Assembly: GCA_005889405.1 (NCBI GenBank)
Contig: VBFY01000014.1
Location: 2,542 to 66,541, forward strand
Origin: Chloroflexota bacterium
Lineage (GTDB): Bacteria > Chloroflexota > Limnocylindria > P2-11E
Length of the DNA: 64,000 nt
Direction: 5' to 3'
Shown piece after piece: positions 36,366 through 45,357 of this stretch. The notes beneath the pieces were generated by a model, which was not told the origin of the DNA, did no database searches, and saw nothing but the letters and a program-made list of their open reading frames with translations. Positions within the stretch are counted from its first letter, which is position 1. Each line of letters starts with the position of its first letter. Made by a program: the position numbers and the translations under genes.

Positions 36366-36958
36366 TCAACGGGCGGCCACGCGCCGAGAGCCACACCCTC
36401 CGCGCCGAGGAGGAGCGGCTCCGCGCGCACCTCGAGCAGAAGCTGCGCGTCCGAACGCGGTTCGCTCCCCTCGCCGATGTCCGCGCGCTTCTCGTGAGTC
36501 CGAGCCGCGATGACCAGCCGAAGAGCCTCGTCGTCAGCTCACAGGCGAGCATCGCGGAGCGCATCTATCTCTACGTGCATGTCGCCGCGCACATCGCGCT
36601 CGGCCATCATTTGCCGATCGTCACGATCGTCGAGGGCGCGCCCGGTGTGACGCGGTTCTCCGATGCATCACGTCACCGCGAGGCCGAGGATCTCGCGCGC
36701 GCGATCTGGTGGGGACAGACCGACAAAGGCGGACTCCTCGGCGCGCCCGCGCTGGTGCAGCAATCCGCGATGCTGAGGCGACTGCTCGCCGTCGGTGTCA
36801 CCCGCGCGGCGCTGCGCTCGGTGCTCATCGGCATGCGGCACGCGTACTACGACCTGCACATCGAGCGCGCTCTCGCGCGCAGCCGCATCGCTGCATGGCT
36901 GCGTCAGGCGCTCTGCCTGACCGCGGTCGTCTGCGTCGCGCCGCAGCTCTCCGACTAG
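36350..36958 (+). CDS. ImmA/IrrE (M78)-like protein with degenerate HExxH
   Basis: ERIYLYVHVAAHIALGH ... RHREAEDLARAIW; GAGGAGG RBS. Confidence 0.6.
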   Translation: MATEVINGRPRAESHTLRAEEERLRAHLEQKLRVRTRFAPLADVRALLVSPSRDDQPKSLVVSSQASIAERIYLYVHVAAHIALGHHLPIVTIVEGAPGVTRFSDASRHREAEDLARAIWWGQTDKGGLLGAPALVQQSAMLRRLLAVGVTRAALRSVLIGMRHAYYDLHIERALARSRIAAWLRQALCLTAVVCVAPQLSD

Positions 36959-37037
36959 GACGGCTCGCGCCTCGGGGCAGAGACCGAAGACGGCCGCCGT
37001 TTCGGCCTCCACCCTCCGGAGCGATCTCTAGCCCGCG

Positions 37038-37298
37038 CTACCTCGAGACCTGACGGCATGCGACGTCGTACTGACTGACCGAGTGCGAGTTGTTCGAGTT
37101 CTGTGGCTGCTCGCCCGCGTAGACCGTTCCCGCCTTTCCGTCTGGGTTGAAGGCGGAGCCCGGGGCACTCGCGGACTGGCCCGGCGTACTCGAAAAATCG
37201 GCGCAGTCGGCGCTGGGCTGACCGGCAAGAGCGACCGAGCCGATGCCGGCCATAAGCGACACCGTGAGCATCAAGGTGACTGTGATCCGGTAGCGCAT
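37038..37298 (-). CDS. Small secreted protein with two Cys
   Basis: AGGAGGT RBS, signal peptide, APGSAFN..G.AG.VYAG...SQYDVAC. Confidence 0.7.
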   Translation of the reverse strand: MRYRITVTLMLTVSLMAGIGSVALAGQPSADCADFSSTPGQSASAPGSAFNPDGKAGTVYAGEQPQNSNNSHSVSQYDVACRQVSR

Positions 37299-37468
37299 GT
37301 CGCACCTCCTATTGCCTTGCGGGCGAAGCACGTGCGGGGCCAGACATCGCTGCATTGGACCGGCTGCCCGGATTTTCTTCGCGACTCGCGCCTCGTTGCG
37401 TAGTCGTGCCGCAATCAGAGCCTCGACAAGTGATCCGATCGGGCGCGTCGTCCGTACTCGACGACCGA

Positions 37469-38533
37469 TCAGTCGTCCTTCTCGGCCGGACCAAGGTCGT
37501 TGCGCTCCTCCGCCTTCGGCGGTCGGCGAGACGTCCCGCGATTCCAGCCACTGCCACCGCCACGTGGACGTTCGCGCCATGCCCGTTGCTCCTCTTCGGT
37601 CCACGGCCGGCTCGGCCGCACGAGCACGCGGTCATCGACGACGGGATCCTTCAGCTTCAGCGTCTTGAACAGCGGCTTCAGGTCGGCGCGGTGCTGCCAG
37701 ATGTCCGCGGTGAGATCGCCGACCTTCGCGACACGCTCGCGCATCGTCTCGAGCGTGAACGCCTCGGGTCGTACGTCCGGGACCTCGTCCCAGCGCAGCG
37801 GCGCCGAGGCGCGTGCGTCGGCCATCGGGCGGATCGAGTACGCCGAGGCGATGGTGCGGTCGAAGGCATTCTGACCGTAATCGACGAAGACGCCGGTGCG
37901 GTCCTTCACGACCCACGTCGTCGTCGCGATCTTCGGCACGCGACCGCTGACCTCAACCGCAACCGCCTTCGCGAAGCGGCGGACCTCGGGAAAGGGCAGC
38001 TCGATGACGATCGGGGTGAGGATGTGCATGCCGGAGACGCCAGAGGTCTTCGCATAGCTCGGCAGCTTCAACTCGTCGAGGACATCTTTCACGACCATCG
38101 CGATCTCGCGCACGTGCTCCCACGGGTTGCCCTCGCTCGGGTCGAGGTCTATGAGCATGTAGTCGGGCTTCGCGACGTCGGGGACGCGCGAGTGCCAGGT
38201 GTGCATCTCGATGCAGCCAAGGTTCGCGATCCAGACCAGCCCGGCCGCGTCCGTCACGACCGGGAAGTCCGCTTCATTGCCACTCGGGTAGCTGATGTGG
38301 ACCGTCTCGAGCCAGTCGGGGTGTGGGTTCGGCACACGCTTCTGATAGAAGAAGTCGCCCTCGACGCCGTTCGGGTGCCGCTTCATCTGCATCGGACGGC
38401 GCTCGACGTGATTCAGCGCGTATGGCGCGAGGTCGGCGTAGTAGTGGATGAGGTCGCCCTTTGTCAGCCCCCGCGCCGGAAAGAAGACCTTCTCGAGGTT
38501 GGTGACCGCGACCTCACGCTCTCCAACACGCAT
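37469..38533 (-). CDS. Stand-alone LigD/PrimC-type AEP primase-polymerase domain
   Basis: TKGDLIHYY, FFYQK, IDLDP, KTSGVSGMH, ASAYSIR. Confidence 0.9.
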   Translation of the reverse strand: MRVGEREVAVTNLEKVFFPARGLTKGDLIHYYADLAPYALNHVERRPMQMKRHPNGVEGDFFYQKRVPNPHPDWLETVHISYPSGNEADFPVVTDAAGLVWIANLGCIEMHTWHSRVPDVAKPDYMLIDLDPSEGNPWEHVREIAMVVKDVLDELKLPSYAKTSGVSGMHILTPIVIELPFPEVRRFAKAVAVEVSGRVPKIATTTWVVKDRTGVFVDYGQNAFDRTIASAYSIRPMADARASAPLRWDEVPDVRPEAFTLETMRERVAKVGDLTADIWQHRADLKPLFKTLKLKDPVVDDRVLVRPSRPWTEEEQRAWRERPRGGGSGWNRGTSRRPPKAEERNDLGPAEKDD

Positions 38534-38537
38534 GCGA

Positions 38538-38984
38538 TCATTGTGCGCGGAGCGCGGTCACCACCTTCGCGATGCGCGCGCTCCGCGTCTCCGGCCGTTT
38601 TGCGCCGGTGACCGCCTCGACGTGCTCCCTCCGGCGCGTGAACGAAAGCGCATCGAATGCGGGGCGCAGCTTCGCGGACGCGAGCGCTCGCCCGAGATCG
38701 CTCGGGACTGCCACGGTGCGCGCGGCCGTGTCGGCTTCGAGCGTTACGTGCGCACGTTCTCCCGCCGCGAGCTTCGCCGCCTCGCGGATCTCCCTGCGCG
38801 CCGGGAGGTAGAACCTCCCGCCGTACACCGCGATCGTCGAGCGGTAGCTCACTCCGTTGAGCGTGACGGTCACCGGGACTCGCTTCTTCTGACCGAGCGC
38901 CGCGACCACGCCCGCCGGCACTTCGACGAGGAGCACACCGTCCGGGTTGGGCCGCGCGACGGTGGTGAACGAGACGGCCGTCAC
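38538..38984 (-). CDS. DUF1905 + YdeI/OmpD-associated protein
   Basis: RVPVTVTLNG.YRSTI and FDALSFTRRREHV...AKRPETR. Confidence 0.85.
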   Translation of the reverse strand: MTAVSFTTVARPNPDGVLLVEVPAGVVAALGQKKRVPVTVTLNGVSYRSTIAVYGGRFYLPARREIREAAKLAAGERAHVTLEADTAARTVAVPSDLGRALASAKLRPAFDALSFTRRREHVEAVTGAKRPETRSARIAKVVTALRAQ

Positions 38985-39063
38985 GCCGCGAGATTACTGC
39001 GGCGTGGGCGAAGCCCACACGCCAAGCTGATGAGCGCGGCGGAGCTGCGCGATTACGCCAGGA

Positions 39064-39969
39064 TCAGCGGACCGTGATCGACCAGTAGATGCCGGGATCC
39101 TCGAGCCAAGTGGTGCCGTCGATCACGCCGCGCGCGCGCAGCACGTACGAGCCGGGACTCGAGGGCGCGCGCACCTGGAACTGGAACCAACCGACCTGAC
39201 CGGGTCCGACGTAGGCGGTCGTCGTCGTCCCGATCCGCGAGGCGGATGGCCATCCGGAGTCAAGGTCCCAGCGCTGCGCGTCGAGCGGGTCAGCGGTGCC
39301 GAGGTTGGCCTGCTGTCCGGGGTTGCCCCGGTACCAGCCGCGGTAGCCGGTGTTGCGCAGCGCGACGACAAGCGTCGCGGTCTCGCCCGGAGAGAGCGTC
39401 ACGTCGGGGCTCTGTCCAGACCACGCGCCGTGATAGCCGAGGTCGAACGAGGGAACGGCCGTCGCGGCGTCGACGATCCCGCCGACATCCATGACCCAAT
39501 ACGCGTGGTAGGTCGACGCGTCGGTGTAGGCGCGCCCGACGCCGATCGCGCGGTAGTTGGGATTCGTGAGCACCGCGTAGTGCGCCGGGCTGTTGATCCA
39601 CCCGTTCAGCACCTCGGCCGCGCTCGCGTACCCAGCCGCAATGTTCTCGCCGGTGTAGGTCTGCGGGCCTGGGTAGCCTGCGTCGGTCATACGCTGGACC
39701 GGCGCGCGTCCATCGCGCGAGGTGTGCGAGAAGTAGTCGTAGACCGCCATGTCGGTCGCCATCCACTTCGAGGCGAACGTGAGTGTGTCGGAGATCGCCA
39801 GACGAGCGAGCCCTCGTGCGGCGCGGAAAGAGTTCACAGCTGCCACGAGATCGGATTCGTTCCCATCCAGAGTCGCGGCCGCGCTCGGGACCGACCCTGG
39901 CCACGCGATGAGCACGCAGGCAAGCGCGGCCGAGACGACGATGCGCGGCGCGGCAAGCCTGAACGACAA
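39064..39969 (-). CDS. Secreted CAP (SCP) domain protein with C-terminal Ig-like domain
   Basis: Signal peptide, YFSHTS, GENIAAG, WINSPAH; C-terminal RNTG...VGPGQVGWFQF..RAP..PG.Y. Confidence 0.85.
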   Translation of the reverse strand: MSFRLAAPRIVVSAALACVLIAWPGSVPSAAATLDGNESDLVAAVNSFRAARGLARLAISDTLTFASKWMATDMAVYDYFSHTSRDGRAPVQRMTDAGYPGPQTYTGENIAAGYASAAEVLNGWINSPAHYAVLTNPNYRAIGVGRAYTDASTYHAYWVMDVGGIVDAATAVPSFDLGYHGAWSGQSPDVTLSPGETATLVVALRNTGYRGWYRGNPGQQANLGTADPLDAQRWDLDSGWPSASRIGTTTTAYVGPGQVGWFQFQVRAPSSPGSYVLRARGVIDGTTWLEDPGIYWSITVR

Positions 39970-40099
39970 CCCTTCCCCTCCTCGCGTCCGGCCTCACTCC
40001 GAACACGCGGATTAACTGGGGCTGTGCAGATATGGCACGGTCCTGGCCAGATTTCGTCCGAATGACGCACGGTCAGGAGGACCGGCGCTCGGTCGATCG

Positions 40100-40564
40100 C
40101 TAACGACCCTGCGCGGACGCGATCCACTCGCGCGCGGTGGCGTGCAGCGGCGCATACGCGTCCCAGGTGGCCCGCGCCCAGCGCCGAAGCACCTCGCCGT
40201 AGCGAACGGGATCCTCCGCGTCGACGAGGTCGCGGATCGTGATCGCGCCGTAGGTTGGCGGCAGCGTGGGCTTCTGGATCGGCGACGGCCCGCTGAGCCA
40301 GCGCTGCACCGCGGCGTTGACGGACTGCGCCGTCGACTCGTTCTCAAGCCATGCGCATAACCCGGTGAGGTGCGCAGCGAACGACTTGGCGGAGCGTCCG
40401 TAGCGATCCGGGTGCTGCATCGCGTACACGTCCACGGCGATCCGGTGATAACGCGCGAAGCGCATGTCCTCGTATTCGCGCAGACCGATCGACTCGAAGA
40501 GGCGCTGGCATCCGGCCGTGCTGCCTGCGACCGCGAGCCCGCAGCTCGCGCAGGCTTCGGTCAC
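40100..40564 (-). CDS. DUF5946-like protein
   Basis: CASCG, VDVYAMQHP, SFAAHL, RWARATW; GTGA overlap. Confidence 0.7.
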   Translation of the reverse strand: MTEACASCGLAVAGSTAGCQRLFESIGLREYEDMRFARYHRIAVDVYAMQHPDRYGRSAKSFAAHLTGLCAWLENESTAQSVNAAVQRWLSGPSPIQKPTLPPTYGAITIRDLVDAEDPVRYGEVLRRWARATWDAYAPLHATAREWIASAQGR

Positions 40565-41286
40565 CGTGGCGCCGTCCCGCGCTCGCGCGCGAGACGTACG
40601 GCCTCCTGGAGACCGCGATCCCACGCGTCGCCGTGGCCCGCGAGGACCAGTCGCGCATCAACGCCTTCGAACCGCGCGAGCGAGGCGTAGGCCTGCTCGT
40701 TGTCGGAGTTGAAGTTCGGAAAGAGCTGCGGCCCGGTGGTGCCCGTCATGACGTTGAGCGTCACGAAGGCATCGCCGACGCAGATGGTGTCGCGCCGTGC
40801 GAAATGCAGCGCGGCGCTGCCCGCGGTGTGCCCGGGGACATGGATGACGCGCGGCGTGCCGGGAACATCGAGCGTCGCGCCGTCGCCGAACGTGGACACC
40901 TCGAGGATCGGCAGGGGTCGGAGCAGGCCGTTGCGCAGACCGAAGAGCAGGAACCCAAGGAGCGGCACGAGCTTGAACCGGCCGAGACCGGCTGGGCCCG
41001 GCACCTGGCCTTTCGCACGAAGCTCGTCCAGCTCGTGCACTCGGATCGGCACGCCGCGCTCGGCCCGGATGCGCTCAGCGAAACCGATGTGATCGGTGTG
41101 CGCGTGCGTGAGCACGACGGCGCGCACGTCTTCGAGCGAACGTCCCATCGCGGCGAGCTCGACCGGGAGCGCGCGCCAGTAGCCGGGCACGCCCGCGTCG
41201 ACGATCGTGACCGCGCCGGCTTCCTCGAAGAGGTAGACGTTCGCGAGACCCGAGCCGATCCGGCGGATGCCCGGACTGATCTCCAC
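40561..41286 (-). CDS. MBL-fold metallo-hydrolase
   Basis: THAHTDH, PGHTAG, GDA, AGHG. Confidence 0.9.
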   Translation of the reverse strand: MEISPGIRRIGSGLANVYLFEEAGAVTIVDAGVPGYWRALPVELAAMGRSLEDVRAVVLTHAHTDHIGFAERIRAERGVPIRVHELDELRAKGQVPGPAGLGRFKLVPLLGFLLFGLRNGLLRPLPILEVSTFGDGATLDVPGTPRVIHVPGHTAGSAALHFARRDTICVGDAFVTLNVMTGTTGPQLFPNFNSDNEQAYASLARFEGVDARLVLAGHGDAWDRGLQEAVRLARERGTAPR

Positions 41287-41303
41287 GCCGGTAGTCTGAC
41301 CGC
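41287..41303. promoter_or_regulatory. 17-bp bidirectional leaderless promoter
   Basis: TAGTCT-N6-GTG on + and CAGACT-N6-GTG on -, with overlapping hexamers. Confidence 0.6.
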
Positions 41304-41831
41304 GTGCCAGTGCAGGATGTGCGCAAGCCGATCTCGGCGGCGCGCCTGCGGTCGATCGCGAGGCGACTGCTGAACGCAACGGCACTGTGTGCGATATCCA
41401 CCGTCTCGTCCGACGGGCGCGCGCACATCAACACCGCGTACTTCGCGTCCAGCGCGGCATTCGAGATCGTCTGGCTGTCGGCGCCCGAGGCTCGGCATTC
41501 GCGGAACGTCCGACGCCAGCCGTCCGTCGCGTTGGCGGTGTACGACTCGACACAGAAGTGGGGCGGCTTCGATCGGGGTATCCAGCTGTTCGGCGCCGCG
41601 CGTGAGCTGTCCGGACGCGTGGCACGCGACGCGGCACGTCTGTACGGCAAAAGGTTCCAGGCGTACTCGCGCGACGAGATGGGTGCATACCGTTTCTATC
41701 GGTTCCGCCCACGAACGCTGAAGCTGTTCCACGAACGCGAGCTAGGCGGCGCGACGTTCGTGACCGCAAGGGTGTTGCGCGATGGCCGGCTGAGCTGGGA
41801 GCGCACCGAGAGATATGTGAGCTCGGCCTGA
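41304..41831 (+). CDS. Pyridoxamine 5'-phosphate oxidase-like (split barrel) protein
   Basis: LCAISTV, ARHSRNV, VALAVYDS, GIQLFG. Confidence 0.8.
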   Translation: MPVQDVRKPISAARLRSIARRLLNATALCAISTVSSDGRAHINTAYFASSAAFEIVWLSAPEARHSRNVRRQPSVALAVYDSTQKWGGFDRGIQLFGAARELSGRVARDAARLYGKRFQAYSRDEMGAYRFYRFRPRTLKLFHERELGGATFVTARVLRDGRLSWERTERYVSSA

Positions 41832-43456
41832 TGCCACGGGCGCCACGTTTCATGCGGGTCTTCGGCGCGACCCTCCGCGATCCTGATATGCGCCGCATCG
41901 AGCTCGCGTACGTCGCCTTCAATACCGCCGAGTGGGCGACGTGGATCGCGATGCTCGTATATGCGTACGGACAGGGCGGCGTCGTCGCAAGCGGCATCGT
42001 GGCGGTGGCGCAGCTCGTCCCCGCCGCGCTCTTCGCGCCGCTCGGCGCGATCCTCGCCGACCGCTACCCGCGCGGGCGCGTGCTCGTTCTCGCGTATGTC
42101 GTCCAGGCCATCGCTATGGCGGCGACCGCGGCGGCACTCGCTCTCGACGCACCGCCAGTTCTCGTCTACGTCCTGGCCGCGATCGCGGCGACCGCGATCA
42201 CGCTGACGCGTCCCGCGCAGAACGGACTCCTGCCGGTGCTCGCCCCCACACCCGCTGCGCTCACCGCGGCGAACGCTGCGCTGGGGATGATCGAGAACGC
42301 GAGCATCCTCGTCGCGCCGGCCGTCGCCGCCCTATTGCTGACGTTCACCGGGCCGGGTCTGGTCTACGCCACGATGGCCGCGGCTCTCGCTACGAGTGCT
42401 TTCGTCATCGCTGGCATACGAACGCCGAGCCCGATCGACGTCAAGCCACCGGAGCGCGAAAAGGCGCCCGGTCCACAGCAATCGTTCCGCGTGCTGGCGT
42501 CCGACCGCCGCGCACTCGCGCTCGTCGTGGTGCTGGCGTGTCAGGCGATCCAGGTCGGCGCGCTCGACGTCCTGTTCGTGGCTCTCGCGCTGAGCGTGCT
42601 GGACATCGGCGATGCCGGCGTCGGAGTGCTGAACTCTGCGCTTGGGCTCGGAGGTGTCGTCGGGGCGTTCTTCGCGGCCGCGCTTGCCGGCCGTACGACG
42701 CTTCCCCGTTGGGTCGTCTTGGGCATCCTGCTGTGGGGCGGCGGTCTCGCCTCCATCGCACTGCTACCGCCGACGGCGATGGTGTTGGCACTCATCGCCG
42801 GCGCGGGCGCCGGCCGCAGCTTGATGGACGTTTCCGGTCGCACGCTCCTGCAGCGCGTAGCGCCGGCCGCCGTGCTCTCAGGCGTGTTCGGTGTGCTCGA
42901 GGGCGGCACGATGGCCGCGCTCGCGCTGGGCGCCGCGCTCGCTCCCTTCCTCGTCGATCGCTTCGGCGTACCGGCTGCGTTCGTCGTGATCGGCGCGCTG
43001 CTTCCGATCGTGCTCGCGCTGACTGCCCGCACGCTCTTACGCCTTGAGTCGCTGGCACCGGTGTCCGCGCGAGCACTCGCCCTTCTTCGGGCCGTGCCGA
43101 TCTTCGCGCCGCTGCCTGGCGCGACGCTCGAGCGCGTTGCGGCCGAGCTCGAGCGTGTCGTGGTCCTGACCGGCGACGTGATCGTCCGCGAGGGTGACGT
43201 GGGTGACCGGTTCTACCTCATCGATCAGGGCAGCGTCGCTGTCTCGATCGCGGCGCAGCCGGTACGACGTCTCGGTCCGGGCGAGTTCTTCGGCGAGATC
43301 GCGCTCGTGCGCGGCGTGGCCCGCACCGCGACGGTGATCGCGGACGGCGATGTGCGGCTCTACGCGCTGCGTCGCGCCGAGTTCCTCGCCGCCACGAGGT
43401 CACGTCCCGCGAGCGCTCGCGCCGCCGAGGCCATCGCGCGATCTCGCGAGCCCTAG
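41831..43456 (+). CDS. MFS transporter with C-terminal cyclic nucleotide-binding domain
   Basis: 12 TM then REGDVGDRFYLI, FFGEIAL, RTATV. Confidence 0.88.
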   Translation: MPRAPRFMRVFGATLRDPDMRRIELAYVAFNTAEWATWIAMLVYAYGQGGVVASGIVAVAQLVPAALFAPLGAILADRYPRGRVLVLAYVVQAIAMAATAAALALDAPPVLVYVLAAIAATAITLTRPAQNGLLPVLAPTPAALTAANAALGMIENASILVAPAVAALLLTFTGPGLVYATMAAALATSAFVIAGIRTPSPIDVKPPEREKAPGPQQSFRVLASDRRALALVVVLACQAIQVGALDVLFVALALSVLDIGDAGVGVLNSALGLGGVVGAFFAAALAGRTTLPRWVVLGILLWGGGLASIALLPPTAMVLALIAGAGAGRSLMDVSGRTLLQRVAPAAVLSGVFGVLEGGTMAALALGAALAPFLVDRFGVPAAFVVIGALLPIVLALTARTLLRLESLAPVSARALALLRAVPIFAPLPGATLERVAAELERVVVLTGDVIVREGDVGDRFYLIDQGSVAVSIAAQPVRRLGPGEFFGEIALVRGVARTATVIADGDVRLYALRRAEFLAATRSRPASARAAEAIARSREP

Positions 43457-43457
43457 C

Positions 43458-45356
43458 TCACATCCGGGGAAGACGCGTGCGGACCGCTCCACGGATCGTC
43501 GCGCCCACGCTCGGCGCATCGCGAACGAGCTCGTTGAAGAACTGGCCCGGCAGGACGAGCGCACGAACATCGGACGTCGCGAGCACCGTGGCGAGACGCG
43601 GATAGGAGAAGCTCGCGCCCCACTCGAGCGCCGCGAGCTCACCGAAGAAGTGCCCCGGGCCCATGTCGTCGATCGGGTTACCGTCCTTAAAGACACGGGC
43701 CGTGCCGTCGACGATCACGTAGAACTCGCGACCGACGTCCCACTGCTCGACGATCGCGGCGCCGGCCGGTATGCGAACCTCGCGCGCCATGCGTGCCACC
43801 CGTTCGAGGTCGCGCGCACCGAGAGCCGCGAACAACGCGAGACGCTTGATCGCGGCCGGATCCACACGTGGCGCTCCGAGCCAGCCCTCGTCCAGGCGCG
43901 GATCGCGGTCGTGCTGGATCACGGACGCCGACGCCGCCGCGTCGTCCACCGCCGCGGTCTCGAAATGCTGAAGCACCGCCTCGATGTCTTCCCAGCGCGT
44001 CGTGTGGTTGAAGACGCACAACCGGATCGCGAAACGGCCGCGCAGTTTCGTCGAGGAGACGAAGCCGATCGAGCTACGCGCGAGAAGGCGAACCAGCTGG
44101 GAATTCAGCCGCTCGCTGCGGTCCTCGTCGTCGTCGCCGAAGCGTCTGCGGAAGCAGAGCACGCCGAGCGACGCGGGACTCATGAGCTCGAGCGTCGCGC
44201 TGCGCTGGATGCGCTCATGCGCCCGCAGTGCGAGATCGAGGCAGCGGTCGATCGCGACGCGGAACGCCGCCAGACCGAAATACTGGATCGACAGCCAGAC
44301 CTTGATCGCGTGCGATGCCCGCGAGAGCTGCATCCCGTAGTCGGCGAAGTTCACCTCTCGCGGCACCGCGCTCTTCGTGTCTCGCAGGTAGTCCGGATGG
44401 ATCTCGAACGAGTCGAGGAGCTGCCGTCCCTTGCGGACGAGGAGACAGCCGCATTCGAAGGGTTGGTAGAGCCACTTGTGCGGATCGAGCGTGACCGAGT
44501 CGGCGAGCTCGATGCCCGCGAGAGTGGCGCGGCCGCGCTCGGTGATCGCGGCGAACCCGCCATACGCGCCGTCGACGTGGAACCACGCGCCACGCTCGCG
44601 GCAGATCGCGGCGATCTGGGGCAACGGATCGACGGAACCGGTGCTGGTGGTTCCGGCGGCCGCGGCGACGAAGAGTGGTTCGCGGCCGGCGCGCGCGTCC
44701 GCGTCCATCGCGGCGCTCAATGCTTCGGGACGAAGCCGGTAGCGATCGTCGACCGGCAGCACGCGTACCTGGTCCGGCCGGAATCCCAGGATGCGCGCGG
44801 CGCGCGCGAGGGAAGAGTGTGCCTGGTCCGCGCAGTAGACAACGAGCCGATCCGACATCGCGCCGACGAGCGACTCGCGCGCGCACGCGAGCGCTGTCAT
44901 GTTCGCCGCGGAGCCGCCGCTGGTGAGCACTCCGCCCGCGTCGGCCGGATAACCGATCCAGTCTTTGAACCAGTCGAGGACGACCAGCTCGAGCTGGCTC
45001 GGGCCGGCCGACAGTCCCCACGAGCCGACGTCGATGTTGAGTCCGCTCGCGATCAGATCGCCGAGCGCGGATAGCCAGGTCCCGCAGCCAGGGATGTAGG
45101 CGAAGTAGCCAGGGTGCTCGTTGCGCGCCATGAACGGAAGGACGTCTGCCTCGAGACGTGCGAGGAGCTGATCGAACGGACGCGGCTCCTCGGGAGCCCG
45201 CTCGTGCAAACGCGCCGACAGCTCCTCCGGCGAGAGCGAGGTGACCACCGGCGTCGCGTCCCACGGGCGAGTCAGGCGGTCTGCGACCAGGTCGACGGTG
45301 TCCCGCCCAAGCTTGAGCATCGTCTCGGCGTCGAGCCAGAGGGGACCGCTATCCAT
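43458..45356 (-). CDS. Group II PLP-dependent (aromatic amino acid-type) decarboxylase fused to a cNMP-binding domain
   Basis: SGGSAAN, AHSS, HVDGAYG, DPHKWL; C-terminal FYVIVDG, FFGELAA, RLATV. Confidence 0.88.
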   Translation of the reverse strand: MDSGPLWLDAETMLKLGRDTVDLVADRLTRPWDATPVVTSLSPEELSARLHERAPEEPRPFDQLLARLEADVLPFMARNEHPGYFAYIPGCGTWLSALGDLIASGLNIDVGSWGLSAGPSQLELVVLDWFKDWIGYPADAGGVLTSGGSAANMTALACARESLVGAMSDRLVVYCADQAHSSLARAARILGFRPDQVRVLPVDDRYRLRPEALSAAMDADARAGREPLFVAAAAGTTSTGSVDPLPQIAAICRERGAWFHVDGAYGGFAAITERGRATLAGIELADSVTLDPHKWLYQPFECGCLLVRKGRQLLDSFEIHPDYLRDTKSAVPREVNFADYGMQLSRASHAIKVWLSIQYFGLAAFRVAIDRCLDLALRAHERIQRSATLELMSPASLGVLCFRRRFGDDDEDRSERLNSQLVRLLARSSIGFVSSTKLRGRFAIRLCVFNHTTRWEDIEAVLQHFETAAVDDAAASASVIQHDRDPRLDEGWLGAPRVDPAAIKRLALFAALGARDLERVARMAREVRIPAGAAIVEQWDVGREFYVIVDGTARVFKDGNPIDDMGPGHFFGELAALEWGASFSYPRLATVLATSDVRALVLPGQFFNELVRDAPSVGATIRGAVRTRLPRM

Positions 45357-45357
45357 G

